Shown one piece after another: positions 39,828 to 64,000 of a DNA stretch of 64,000 bases (position 1 is its first letter; each line of letters opens with the position of its first letter). The DNA lies in assembly GCA_050084515.1 (NCBI GenBank), contig CM114271.1, forward strand, positions 15,624,001 to 15,688,000, given 5' to 3'. Made by a program: the position numbers and the translations under genes. The notes beneath the pieces are model-generated. The model was not told where the DNA came from, did not search any database, and was given only the letters and a program-made list of their open reading frames with translations. This stretch comes from Blasia pusilla (taxonomy: Eukaryota).

Positions 39828-41365
39828 CTAGTCTAGTCTGTGGTTGGGTCCACTGGATTAAGATGTAAGCGGTAATTTGGCGGCTCAATAGTTCAAAGTC
39901 GGGTGGATCGGCGACGAGTTCCTATTGCAAATATTTCATCATCGAAGGAAATGTATGAACTATCTATGCCATGATTGATGGGTTGAGAGTTTGGAACCAT
40001 AGGTATAAGAACAGCATTATCATTAGGCTCATCAACGAAGTCCACCGTTTCAGCGCTCAAATATTATGGAGGAGTATCCCGGTTCACTAGACTTGGTGGA
40101 ATAATTGTGAACTCCTACTGGTGCAACAATGTGAGGGTCGTAGGTCGTGTTAGGAGAAGTGCTGGGGAGATTGGCGGCTTCGCTTGAAGTCCTCCGTTGT
40201 TGCTCTTCTTTGTGCTCTCAAATCCAATCTTCCATTTCAACATCAACATCATCTTCGTCTCTTCCAAGCCCCTCAAAATCAAAATTTTCAGAGTTGCCGA
40301 TATGAGTATCCCCTCTCCCTTTGATGCCATGAATTCCACATCTACCTCCTCTAGGTCCTTATCTTGCAAGTCAAGGTTATCTTCATGATTACCATCACGG
40401 TTTCTTGCATGCAAGCTAGATTCACTACCATCTTCTACTACCCTTCTAACTTGTTCTTGTCCATCCCTTTTGAAAAATATTGCTCGTACAAGAGCGCTTG
40501 TCTTGATTTCTGAGAAACACCCTTGCCTCCAAACCTTGAGTTTGTGTAGATGTAAACCAAATCCCTGCCACGCTCGTTGGTCAATTTATTCTTGTGCTTG
40601 TTGTGGATGAAACCATAACTACTCCAATTTGTCTCCGCTAAAGAAGATGAAATCACTTGTAGTAATATGGACTTAGCCACAGAGCGCAATGTTGGTGCAC
40701 CTTGACCGTGCATGCTCCACCAATCAGAGGGACTAAGTGAATCAACAACTTCCCTACCAAATTCATCCACAAATATTTCGTGATGGTTCACAATGTTGCC
40801 CAACTCTTTCAAGCAAGTTGCCACATAAGAATAAGCCTTAGTGACATTGAGGCCATACACCCACGTTGCATAAAGTTTCAGATATTGTTTGAAATCTCTC
40901 ATGCGCTCAGCATTTGAAGTGACGTCTTGAACATTATCAAGAAGATTGTAAGGGGCGAGAATGTAGCCTATTGCATGTATCATGTTGTGGATAAGTGCCC
41001 ACTACCTAGAAATAACAACGACCATCTCTATAGCTCTAGACATTGTGATAAAATAACCGAGATGCCTTCCGCCCACACCGGGCCATGGAGTTACAGGAAA
41101 AGAACGACTCTCTTGCATTATCTCAAAAATACGGCGATAAATACTCCGAGTCATTGCTTTATGACCATCACACTCTCTCAACAAAATAATAGTTGGTTTA
41201 GCCGCAACAAACAACTCCTCATCCTCCATCCAAAAATCGTGATTGGCCACAGTAGTCTCAATCTCTCGTGCTTTCTCCCTTTGCCTCGCATCCCTACCAT
41301 TAAAATACTCGCTAAAAGCATAGATGGCAACCATGGCATGGAACGCCTCCCTCAATTCTAAGATG
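39828..41365 (-). pseudogene. hAT transposase, inner copy, 5'-deleted
   Basis: ILELREAFHAMV..EYFNGRDARQREKA; DWWSMHGQGAPTLR..SSLAETNWSSYGFIHNKHKNKLTNER; colinear with 24390-25931. Confidence 0.92.
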
Positions 41366-41564
41366 CGTGAGATGGTAGTATTTGTGAAGACTAGAAACAC
41401 CAAATATTTTCCGTGAATGCTCCAATAACAAAACTTGGAATACTCACTATGGACAAGAAAGATCAATATGCTAACTTAGATAACCAAAATACCTTTAGTA
41501 TCTAGGTTATCTAGTGGCAAAACATATTCTCACTTATCAAGTTCACCTATCTATGGAGAAAAAG

Positions 41565-41569
<5 letters not shown>

Positions 41570-41607
<38 letters not shown>
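41570..41607. repeat. (GA)n microsatellite
   Basis: ~19 GA units. Confidence 0.95.
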
Positions 41608-41610
<3 letters not shown>

Positions 41611-43237
41611 AGGGAGGAATGAGATTGTGTTGTATACCAAAAAAATGAGCAAGTTTATATGGGGGAGGATGAAAGGAAGAGAATGAACCCTTCTAACTCC
41701 CCAAATCATCTACATCCACTTATAATTGATTACTAAACCATCTCCATTAATTTTCTTTAATAAACCTATTTTTATTCTCCTATTAGATTTCTTCTTGACC
41801 TAGTTTAAATTTCCAACATACCTATTTTGCAATACAACCACCCTATTCAAATCTATTTTAATATTCCTTTCTCCACCATTAGGATCCCAAATTCATCAAT
41901 TACTCTCATTTCTAACTAACTTATATTCTCCTACAACAACCCTATTCCAACCTCTCAAATAGTCAATCACCCAAACCATAATAGTGACACAATTTATTTA
42001 ATACCTCACTAAAATCACATGGCCCGCCCACAACCCATGGCCCGCACGGTCCGCAAGGAGCCAGTGCGCTGGCTCTGCACGGGCTGCGAGCCTGCAATGC
42101 ATGCCATTTGCGGGCTCCAAGGTCTGCAGGCAGGCCTACGGGCCCTCACCCAAGCCCGCACGCGGGCTCCAAGTCATGCACAAAGCCCGCAATACGGACC
42201 TTAGAGTCTACACGCAGGCTCTACGCGGGCTCCAAGGCCCGCAACAAGCCCGCGCTAGCGGGCTTGGTGGCCCGCATGCGAGCTTGGAGGCCCGCGACAT
42301 AGCCGGAAAGCGGGCTTCAGGGCCAGCAACTAGTCTGCACGCAGTCTCGGAGGCCCTCATGCAAGCCCGCGCCAGGCTCCTCGGCTCGCAATCAACCTGC
42401 ACCCTAGCCCGCAAGCAGCCCGCACGCAGGTACGATGGGCCCATGACCTAGCTTGAAGGCAGGTTCCAAGGCCTACAACAAGCCTGTGCGCAGCCTCTGC
42501 AGCTCGCATGCGAGCCCATGCCCTAGCCCGCAAGTAAGCTGGGCTTCACGGTCCGCATCCTAGCACGCAAGGAGCCCGCACCGTAGCTCGCTTGCAGGCT
42601 TGAAGGTCTGCAAGCAGCCCATAATCAGCCTAGACGCGGGCTTCAGGGCCCCCAAGCGAGCTACGACGCGGGCTCCTTGGAGACGGGCTCCAAGGCCCGC
42701 AATGAGCCTGCGCACGGGCTCAAGGGCCGGCGACCTAGCTCGTAATCAGCCGGGACGCAGGGTTTAGGGTCCGCACCCTAGTCCGCATGCTGGATCCAAG
42801 GCCTGCAACGAGCCCGCCACCTAGTCTGCAGGCGTGCTCCAAGGCCCGCACCCTAGCCCACGCGCGGGTTCCAAGGCTTGTGACCTAGCCCGCGTGTGGG
42901 CTCAACGGCCCGCAAGCAGCCGAAACGCGGGCTTGGCGGCCGGCAAGCAACTTGGACGCGGGCTTCAGGGCCCGCACCCTAGCCTGTATTCGGGCTCCGA
43001 GGCCCGCATTGTAGGCCCTGGAGCCCGCACGTCATGCTCGCTTGCAGCCCGCCTTGCTTTTGAGGCCCACACCCTTCATCGGAGCCCGCATCGGTGGCCT
43101 GCAAGTGGAGCCCGAGCGATCAATCTGAGCGCCACAAATACCTGTGCTCGCGTAGGGTGGTGTATGTCCGTGGTCATGTCCAGACATGTCTGTCCCATGG
43201 AAGGACTTGTCCGTTATCGTGCAACCTTGATTTTCTT

Positions 43238-43467
43238 GCAAATTCTCCAATTGCACGCTTCAACCACTTGATGCGCCATTTCTTCAACTCTAGGGAAAGG
43301 ATCTGTGGGTCAAGGGCGCTATCCAAGTGCGCCTTCAATTCATCCTCTATGACGAATTCTCTGACCATCTTCTTAGTCACCTTTGCACACGTGGGCAGTT
43401 GTTCTTCCCCTCTTCCATCACCCTCTTCGTCGTGAGGACTATCGCCTTCATGAGGTGGCAGTGCCAT
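43238..43467 (-). pseudogene. coiled-coil/RING cargo gene, outer copy, 5' part
   Basis: MALPPHEGDSPHD...EDELKAHLDSALDPQ..AIGEFARK, homologous to 33406-33656. Confidence 0.85.
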
Positions 43468-43705
43468 CTTATCTTTTACCAAAATCCAAAACAAAATAGT
43501 GGTTTAGAAAATATTCCAATAATAGTGACATGATGAAATTTGGATACATCCATGGATCAACCAAAAATAATCATTCACAAACATTCCGAGTCACAAAATT
43601 GACCTCTTTCAATGAAGTATTTATTTTCTCATGAAAACACTTACAATTGGACAACGGATTTACATTCACATCATCGTAGTAACTAGCCGCAATGCTGAAT
43701 CTACA

Positions 43706-45053
43706 TCATCTATACCTAATATTTTGGCATTTGCTCATATATGCAATAAGATACTCTAAGCTTTTGAAATCAGAGGGATTCAGAGTTGATGCCCACTTTC
43801 TAATCCTTTCCAAGTAAGTAAATCTCACATTCGCGTGGGCATCCCCAATAGTGAGGTTGTATGTCACATAATTCAAAATTTTCACAATCATCCCTAGGGC
43901 ATAGAATTCAGTGGCTATGCTAAAAGGGAGATTCTTAGGCCCTGCTGAAAACTCCGGTGCTATGTGCCAACATGATTTCTTTGTTCATACTGCCACCATC
44001 TATGAGGTGACGCTAAGCACTCATCCTCCCATATAGCATTTCCCCAATCTCCAACCGTGATGTATGGGGTAGAGTTAGCTCCAACATGAATGAAAATGTT
44101 TCGCGCATGACAATCGGTGTGAAAAACCCCACTCTTATGGAAAGTCTCCATGGTACCAAGAAGGGCAACCACTACTTGGACAATATTAGACACCATCGCA
44201 ATACATATGATATTTTCCAACTCTCCTATATAAGTCCTGCCATTCTCATGGTATAGCATGCTCGCAACCAATTTTCAAGGTGCCCACCATTCCAATATGG
44301 ATAGATGCAACGTGGCGGATCCTCCATCAACCTTCCTACCATGCGAACAAAACCTCGATGTAAAATAGTTGCAAACATCTCCTCGCCCATCATCAATTTT
44401 CTTGAATATAATCAAGTTGATTCCTTAAACACCTTAAGGCAATAGTAAATATCTTCACTAAAGGCAAAAGTTTGGTTTATTTTACATCTGTAGATAGTTC
44501 CGTGTAAACCTGATCCCACAATATCCTCTTGATTATTTCCTACCATAAAGTTCTTGTAAAAAATCCATGTAATCCCACATGGAACTATCAATGTATGACC
44601 CACGGTAGTACTACGTCCCTTGAAAAGACGTTCAGCATTTCTTAACTCAACACTAAACCTTTCAATGAGCGTGGTCTTTGCAGCATTCAACTTCTCATTC
44701 TTGAATGCCTTGAGATTGATATACACTCTCTCGAGGTTAACACCTTGTTGGCCACAAAATTAACTTAACCTATCGGCCTCTTTGACATCCATTTCCCATT
44801 GAAATGTCTTTGCAACTCTCCTAGCTAATCTTAGCAATTCCAAGGTGTAGTAATGGAAACCATCCATACCCCTCAAAATATATGATCGTCTCTTCTCTAA
44901 CGTAAGCTAGAAAAGTCAATCTAACCATGCCCCTCTTATAGCCATGTTGAATTCATTCCTGGAATTCACTCTTGGCCTCTTGGCACTAACAAGTCTATCA
45001 TTGGTCTCATTTTGGTTATCTCTTGCTCTTGAAGACCCAACTCCACTAGACAT
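43706..45053 (-). pseudogene. atypical protein kinase, outer copy
   Basis: MSSGVGSSRA start; IVGSGLHGTIY, YCLKVFK, FHTDCHARNIFIH, VGDWGNA, APE, YALG; colinear with 31839-33210. Confidence 0.85.
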
Positions 45054-48000
45054 TTTGCTCGGATGAAGAGGATGATAAAATCTCCTTAGAAAAAAAAACC
45101 AACAAAAAGATAGTATGCGTTGAGATAAGGAATTACCAAAAAATAAAATGGTATGAGATACTAAGACAATGGCTCGAATAATGCTCACGCGCGTGAATGA
45201 AGGAATAAGGTTTTGGCTTAGGTAGGTCACTCAAAAGGAATGTATGCTTGTTAAGATAAGTTTCATTGACTACCTCCACATCCCAAATGTGCTCATAGAA
45301 TAAATGAACAAATCTATAACTTGATTTTGTGAATCAAAAATCTCAAAATCACCAAACAAGTTTAGTGACATAAGAGATTTCCACACTCACAACCTCTCAC
45401 CTAATGTGGAATCAATTGGGGTTTGTTTAGGACACAACCAGGAGCGCAAATATCCAAGTGTATCACAAACAAAACCCAAAAACCCCCAAAAGGCCCGCAA
45501 CGGATTTCTCCAAAATTCCTAGAACCCTTGAAAGCCCTTAGCTATCAAGAAACCAATGAAATTTGGAGCCTAATCTAAGAAACACTCAAAGAAACGATAC
45601 AAAATGAGATAAATCAAGGAAATGAGGGATAATTGGGGTTGATTAGCCCCAATCCCCCTCCTTATGAGCATTTTTGGGCCCACTTGTGGGCCCAAAACTT
45701 ATGGGTTTATCCCAAATGAGGAATGGGAGGAGGAAGGAGGGTAGATAGGAGGTTCGAAATTTTCCTAGACAACCCTACTGTGCCACATGGCGGCCCAAGA
45801 TTTGGGAGAAGCGGGCCACACGCATGCTAAGCGGGCTTTTAAAAAATAGACACGTGGCATCACCCGATTAGCTAGATTTGACATGGGCTATTGCACGGGA
45901 AAAGGCTCGGATGGAGTGGGTGACGGCTCAGAGGCCATGGGCGACGGTTCAGACGGCGTGGGCTACGGCGCAGGCATGTGGGCTTGAGGCCCGTGCGCGA
46001 GGGGGGAGGGAGGGGGTGGGCGGGTGGGCGGGCGGGCTCCTTTGCAGGCCAGGGGGGTGGGCGGGCGGGCGGGCGGGATCCTTTGCAGGCCAGGGGGGTG
46101 GGCGGGCGGGCTCGCGTGCAGGCCGGGGGGGGGTCACCGCAACAAATCAGAGGGCGCAACGCAGGCCCAACTTGTCCGGGACACCAGCCCGCAGACCAAG
46201 CATAAATTGTAAACGCTGCCTAACAAAACAAATGGAAACCGCTGCCCAAACCCGCCTCTCGAGAGTGCAATTTTTGCCGACAGCAAGGTGCAAACATAAA
46301 AAGACAGGGACATCAAGGTGCGGGCGTTAAAAAGAGAGGTGATCGCTGCCAGTTTAAAAAGGGCAGCCGCAACCCTTTCAATGGTAATAGCCACGGGACT
46401 ATCACAAACAATAGAGTGCCTGGAGCAGCTCCTTGACCCGAATTGAAACCATGCCCACCCGAATTGATGCGTCATTCTAAAGCCTACCCACCCAAGAGAC
46501 ACGATCAAAATTCAAGAATCCAAGAGTAAAAAATAGAAAGGGAAATTGGCTGCAAGGGGCAAAGAAGGGATCCGAGCTGCCAAGTAGAAGGAAAAGCGCT
46601 GCACTTGAATAGATCTCAGAGAAAAATTCTTGCAAAATCCTAACAAGATAGACCAGCACCGCGGGGTAGAGCATCTGTGCGTGGGTGCGACTGAGAGAAA
46701 CAGCGTGGGGTAGAGCAGCAGACCCCAAATGCGAAGAACATTCAAAAGTTACAATCGTCCTCGATTAGCAGCGCATGAGGGGAAGGAATGAGCGCGTAAG
46801 CAAACGAAGGCAGCGCGTGGGTAGGAGTGCGTGGGGATCGACAGCCCGTGGGTAGGAGCGCGTGGGTTAAGGCCCTCGAAAGCACAAAATGAAAGGGGAG
46901 AGAGTTCGGGAGGGGAGTCGTTTAGGGAGGGCTCAGACAGAGAATGGATACGAAGCCGTTTGGGGGCAAGGAGAACCATCGGTCCCCGATCGCCGGAGGC
47001 GAGGCCCATTGATCAGGGATCGATGGCCCTCAGGGAGGTGGAGGCACCTTACTATGGCGGCGGAGTTTGGGAGCCCTAAGGTGGCGGTCCCCGAAGGCAG
47101 GGAGAGTCGTCAATTCTCAATCAACGGCTATAAGGCGGCGGAGGTGAGGGATCCCTAATCGACGATCCTCAGGTGGCGGAGGCGAGGGACGACGGTCCCC
47201 AGGTGGCGGATCCAAACTTTGGGTGGCGGTGGGGTAGCGATAGGTTCGGAGTGTTGGATTCTCAACATCCACTTCTCTTAGCACCATTAATCTGATCGGC
47301 CCCCTTATATGAGGAGAAGCCTAGATTGATGGTTCCAACTCAGACGTCGAAGGTGTCATAGTAATATGACGTAGGTGGTTTCAGGAGTAGCGTTACTAGG
47401 ATTATCTAACCCTATATTGCATCAGGGTGCGGGGCACCCTGATGCGTAGCGGAGGTCGGGAGGTGCAGCCCCTGGTATGCCAAGACGACGCGGGGGTCCA
47501 AGGGCGCAGCCCCCAACAAAAATTTTCTATTAATAGAAATGAAGAAAAATAGGTAAAAACCCTAGTTTCCCGAGTAGTGAAATAGTCGGGAGCCACAGCG
47601 ATAGCGTATTCTCGTATGTGGAGTTATCTCCATGTTCAGGTTCCATCGAAGCTCTTCTATGAGCGCACGGACGAACTAGGCCACAATGACGCCTTCTATT
47701 ATACTTTTTTCGGATAACCTAATAACTTTGATCGTGTGTTCTAACCTTATTTTTGGACTGACCTCCCATTCCATCAAGTCTTAAGGATTTGCGTGACTTC
47801 CAAAAATTGATGCGTATGAATGCGCAAAGAAAAAGGTGTGCCCTTTGTAAGGAGATTTTAGCACAACAAAAAAACATGGAAGTCGAACTTCTGCCTGAAA
47901 CATCTCCAACCTAAGTTGACAACGATAATTTAGTATTGTCACAACTTCTAATATTATTCTCTAAATCCTCCATTGTCACACCTTCTCATATTACTTTATT

Positions 48001-48359
48001 TTTTCTTACATTATTGTGTTATTCTACACTTCCCATTCCATTGAATCCTATCTATATACGTTATTTTCGAAAGATTTTAAGTAATGAAGCCCAAAAATGG
48101 AAACGTGCCATTCGCGTGGAAAGAATGGAAGTTCTCAAAGAAAAAAAGAGGACCTACTATCGTGAGTATAAGAAAAGAAGGAAAGCCTTCATGGTCAAGT
48201 TGAGCCTCTTTTGGTACTTGACACTCTTTCAACTACTCCAAATATGGAGATTTTGACTATCCGAAGTAAAATCATATGTATCTATCTTACTTTTTATATC
48301 CTCTCAACTTTGTTCACTGGTCATTTATAGCCCATTGTTTATAATATGTTGATTTTTTT

Positions 48360-53640
<5,281 letters not shown>

Positions 53641-55414
53641 GAAGTTTCATCCATGAAACATTGAAAGTGATAAGAAACATAAAATAAGAAGAATAATTAC
53701 ATATAAAATGCATAATTATAATAACTGTGTATGAAAGGTATAAAAAATACTTGGATGAAATAAATACTTTTAATATTTTACCATTTGATGCACTACCATC
53801 TCACCGTTTATTACCAACTTTATAAAAATACAAAAAAATTGTTAATACTCAAGAGCAATGCACAAAACACCTTAACAAATATTTGAAATAGTATACATCA
53901 TTAATTCTTACATCCAAAATTATTAAAAATTATTTAGACATCTTCGTATTTCCCGTGAGCACCTTCCTGATTTCAGAGAATATACTTATTCCCCTTCTCC
54001 ATAAGTGAAAAGTGTGATATGTAATTTTTTTGGGTTGGTTTAGGTTTCGTAGAGTTTTGGAAATCCGCTCTAGCTTGACTTTTCCTTTCCCTCTATTCAT
54101 TTTTATCCCATCCCATTCATTGTGGTTATAACTTTGGCCATTTACTCCATCATCTCGTACGTTGCGGGTTAATTTTATTCTTCCCAATTCCATTTCATTT
54201 CTCTACATTGTCTTGCTCTTGTTAATTTTGGTGTTTAGAACACTAACCAACTTCGTTTCGAAATTGTTCAGATTTAGGTTTACTCTTGATTCTTACTAAT
54301 TATTTTTCCTCTCATGTACTTCCATGTAGATCTTTTTTCCTTCAATTTACTTTGCCTTAATCATTTTCATAATTTTACGTCATGTATAAATACATCATGG
54401 ACAAATCCTTCACTCCTCTCCCTCCCAATTTCCCTTATTCTCCTTAGTGTGTTCTTCATATTTCTTTCTTGTGTATGCATGTACTCCCATCCTTGGCTGG
54501 TCTCTGTCCACCTTCTAATTGCATCAACCCAACCCTCCTTGTCTAGCCCCAACTTTCCCTCAGTTTCTATTTTCAGCCCTCACTCCCAGTGTTTTAAACT
54601 TTTGCCACTCGCTTGTTGACCAACACCATGCAGTGATGCATGCCCAAGGGTCACTCTGTAAATAACCCTACCAAATTTACATTACGAAGTACCTTCCAGG
54701 TAACCATGGAAGGTACGTTTCTCCCCATGAGTCAAACTCGACCCTGAAACAACCACCATGAGATTCTCATGGAAATCAAAATTTCAAATGCTAGTCATGC
54801 ATACCTTCAAGTCCCGGGAAATATAAAACTTAGAAACCAAAGGCACGTCTCCCCATGAGTTGAGGTAAAACACAAAAACGAACCTGGATTTCTCATGGAA
54901 ATTGGATTTTCCAACAGAAATCATGCATGACTTCAGATCCTGAGGAATATAAAACATGGAAACCAAGTCCCACTTTCAATCCACTTTCTCCCCATGAGAC
55001 ATCGCACTGTGAACAAGGTAGAACTACAATCTAAAAGAAAGCAAGTCCAGGGAGTTTAGATAGTCACAATTGACATGGTACTCAACAAACTACTTGCCAA
55101 TCACGTTCCTGAATCTTCCTGATCAGAATTCTTCTGCTCTTGAATAATATTCCCCACCATTTTTCATTACCTGGCTTGATCCATTCCAAAAATACGTTTC
55201 ACAATGATTGCACAGGTACCATAACTTGAGGTGGAATATACTCTTTAAGAAACTACAAGGAGTTGAAATATAGACATGTACCTTTAGATGACATCGGAAA
55301 TCCAACCTCCCTCCTACCTTCAAAACACTTGAGAAATTGGAAAATTCAATTTCATGTCACTCTATGGCATGGGATGTCCCACCAAATGTATCCCTATCAA
55401 CATTGACTAATTTC

Positions 55415-62973
<7,559 letters not shown>

Positions 62974-64000
62974 ACTGCCGGGCCCGTTAACTCCACAATC
63001 AAGCAAATATCACAAGCCTGATCGAAAGGGGCTGCGATGAAAGAGGAAATAAATCTTGGAATTGAAATCTCGATGCCTATGCCAACATCTGCAAACGCAC
63101 ACGAGAAACTGACAGGTGGTGAGGGAACCCACAGCGCCTTATGATATGATGTTTGGGCCGCCTGCTCTTTCTTCGCTACTCGCTACGTCTTTGTACTAGG
63201 CTTACCGCTTCCGGAAGGAACGTGGCATACGTTGCGGCCTAAAATTTTATTTTATTTTATTTTAACGGCATTTGAGGGGTTTTCTTCCCTCCATCTGACC
63301 TATCCACTTGTCCCTGTCATAATTAATCCCCTCAAAGGGCCGCAAACTGGTTTTCATTGTAGTTGACCTGCCACGTGCTCGTTTTCTCACGAGCATGATT
63401 TCTGACCGTTCATTGGTACCCTCCCATGATGCCACGTCCACGTTTTGTCACGGTTCAAAGCACCCTGTATCGCGATTTCTACGGAGGAGAAAAAAATCAT
63501 ATAAAAAAATTAGATGGTTTGAAGAAAAAGAAACCCCTTCGCTAGGCGTTAAGGCGACTCGTCGTATACGTCAGTAAGCATTTCCTTAAGACTTCCTCTC
63601 AAGCACACGGAATTAAATCATAAGTTCCACTCGTGGAATTCGGTTAGGACACCTTGTTATTTGGAACAATCTATCTACGCTTGTGTTTTTTAGATGGAAA
63701 TATCTGTTTAGGGTTTTGTTTATCATGATTGCATATGAGGATCGTGCCATGGACGGATCCCAGATAAATGGAAAGCTTCCCAGGCATTTATGGGGCCATG
63801 GCCACCTTCCATTCATCTCAACTCAACATATGACCAATTCTTCTCCGGCTTTGCCAAGACAAGAATTGCTCCTATGATAACAATTAATCATGTTTTACAC
63901 AAATTTAAATCTTTTTCGTGTTGTTCGTAGAATAGGAAACATTTTTTTTCTTAGATGTCATATGTCAAACATATAAGTGTTTGCAAATCAAAAACATACT

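Larger units (their letters stand above)
31497..43229. mobile_element. 11.7-kb hAT element carrying kinase, RING gene, 180-bp array and 5'-deleted transposase
   Basis: Perfect TIRs at 31497 and 43219-43229; TSD CTTTCCTT/ATTTTCTT (6/8); removing it rejoins AIGEFARK|VEEKECQKDW of the flanking minus-strand gene. Confidence 0.88.

Noticed and set aside
54700-55000. Diverged ~125-bp tandem duplication downstream of MDAR (TCCCCATGAG, TTCTCATGGAAAT)
   Set aside because: Two degenerate copies only; no evidence of function

Overview
Eukaryotic, TE-dense land-plant genomic DNA (a non-seed plant is my low-confidence guess). The only intact host gene is a 10-exon monodehydroascorbate reductase (MDAR; minus strand, 55415-62973, 426 aa, C-terminal SHL). 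The first ~54 kb is nested decayed transposons. (1) A Ty3/Gypsy LTR retrotransposon (1706-9044) whose pol carries a C5-cytosine DNA methyltransferase domain between protease and RT, plus a PHD finger after integrase. (2) A hAT family with 11-bp TIRs (CAAGGTTGCAC...GTGCAACCTTG) and 8-bp TSDs, ranging from ~0.3-1 kb MITEs to 6.2-kb and 11.7-kb elements. (3) Two diverged copies of an unusual module: an atypical protein kinase gene, a coiled-coil/RING gene, a ~3-kb array of ~180-bp tandem repeats and a convergent hAT transposase. The 11.7-kb TIR/TSD-bounded copy (31497-43229) sits in inverted orientation inside the RING gene of the other copy. (4) Solo/partial LTRs and a decayed Helitron Rep/helicase (~48.4-53.6 kb). 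All calls are by eye; no database searches were run.
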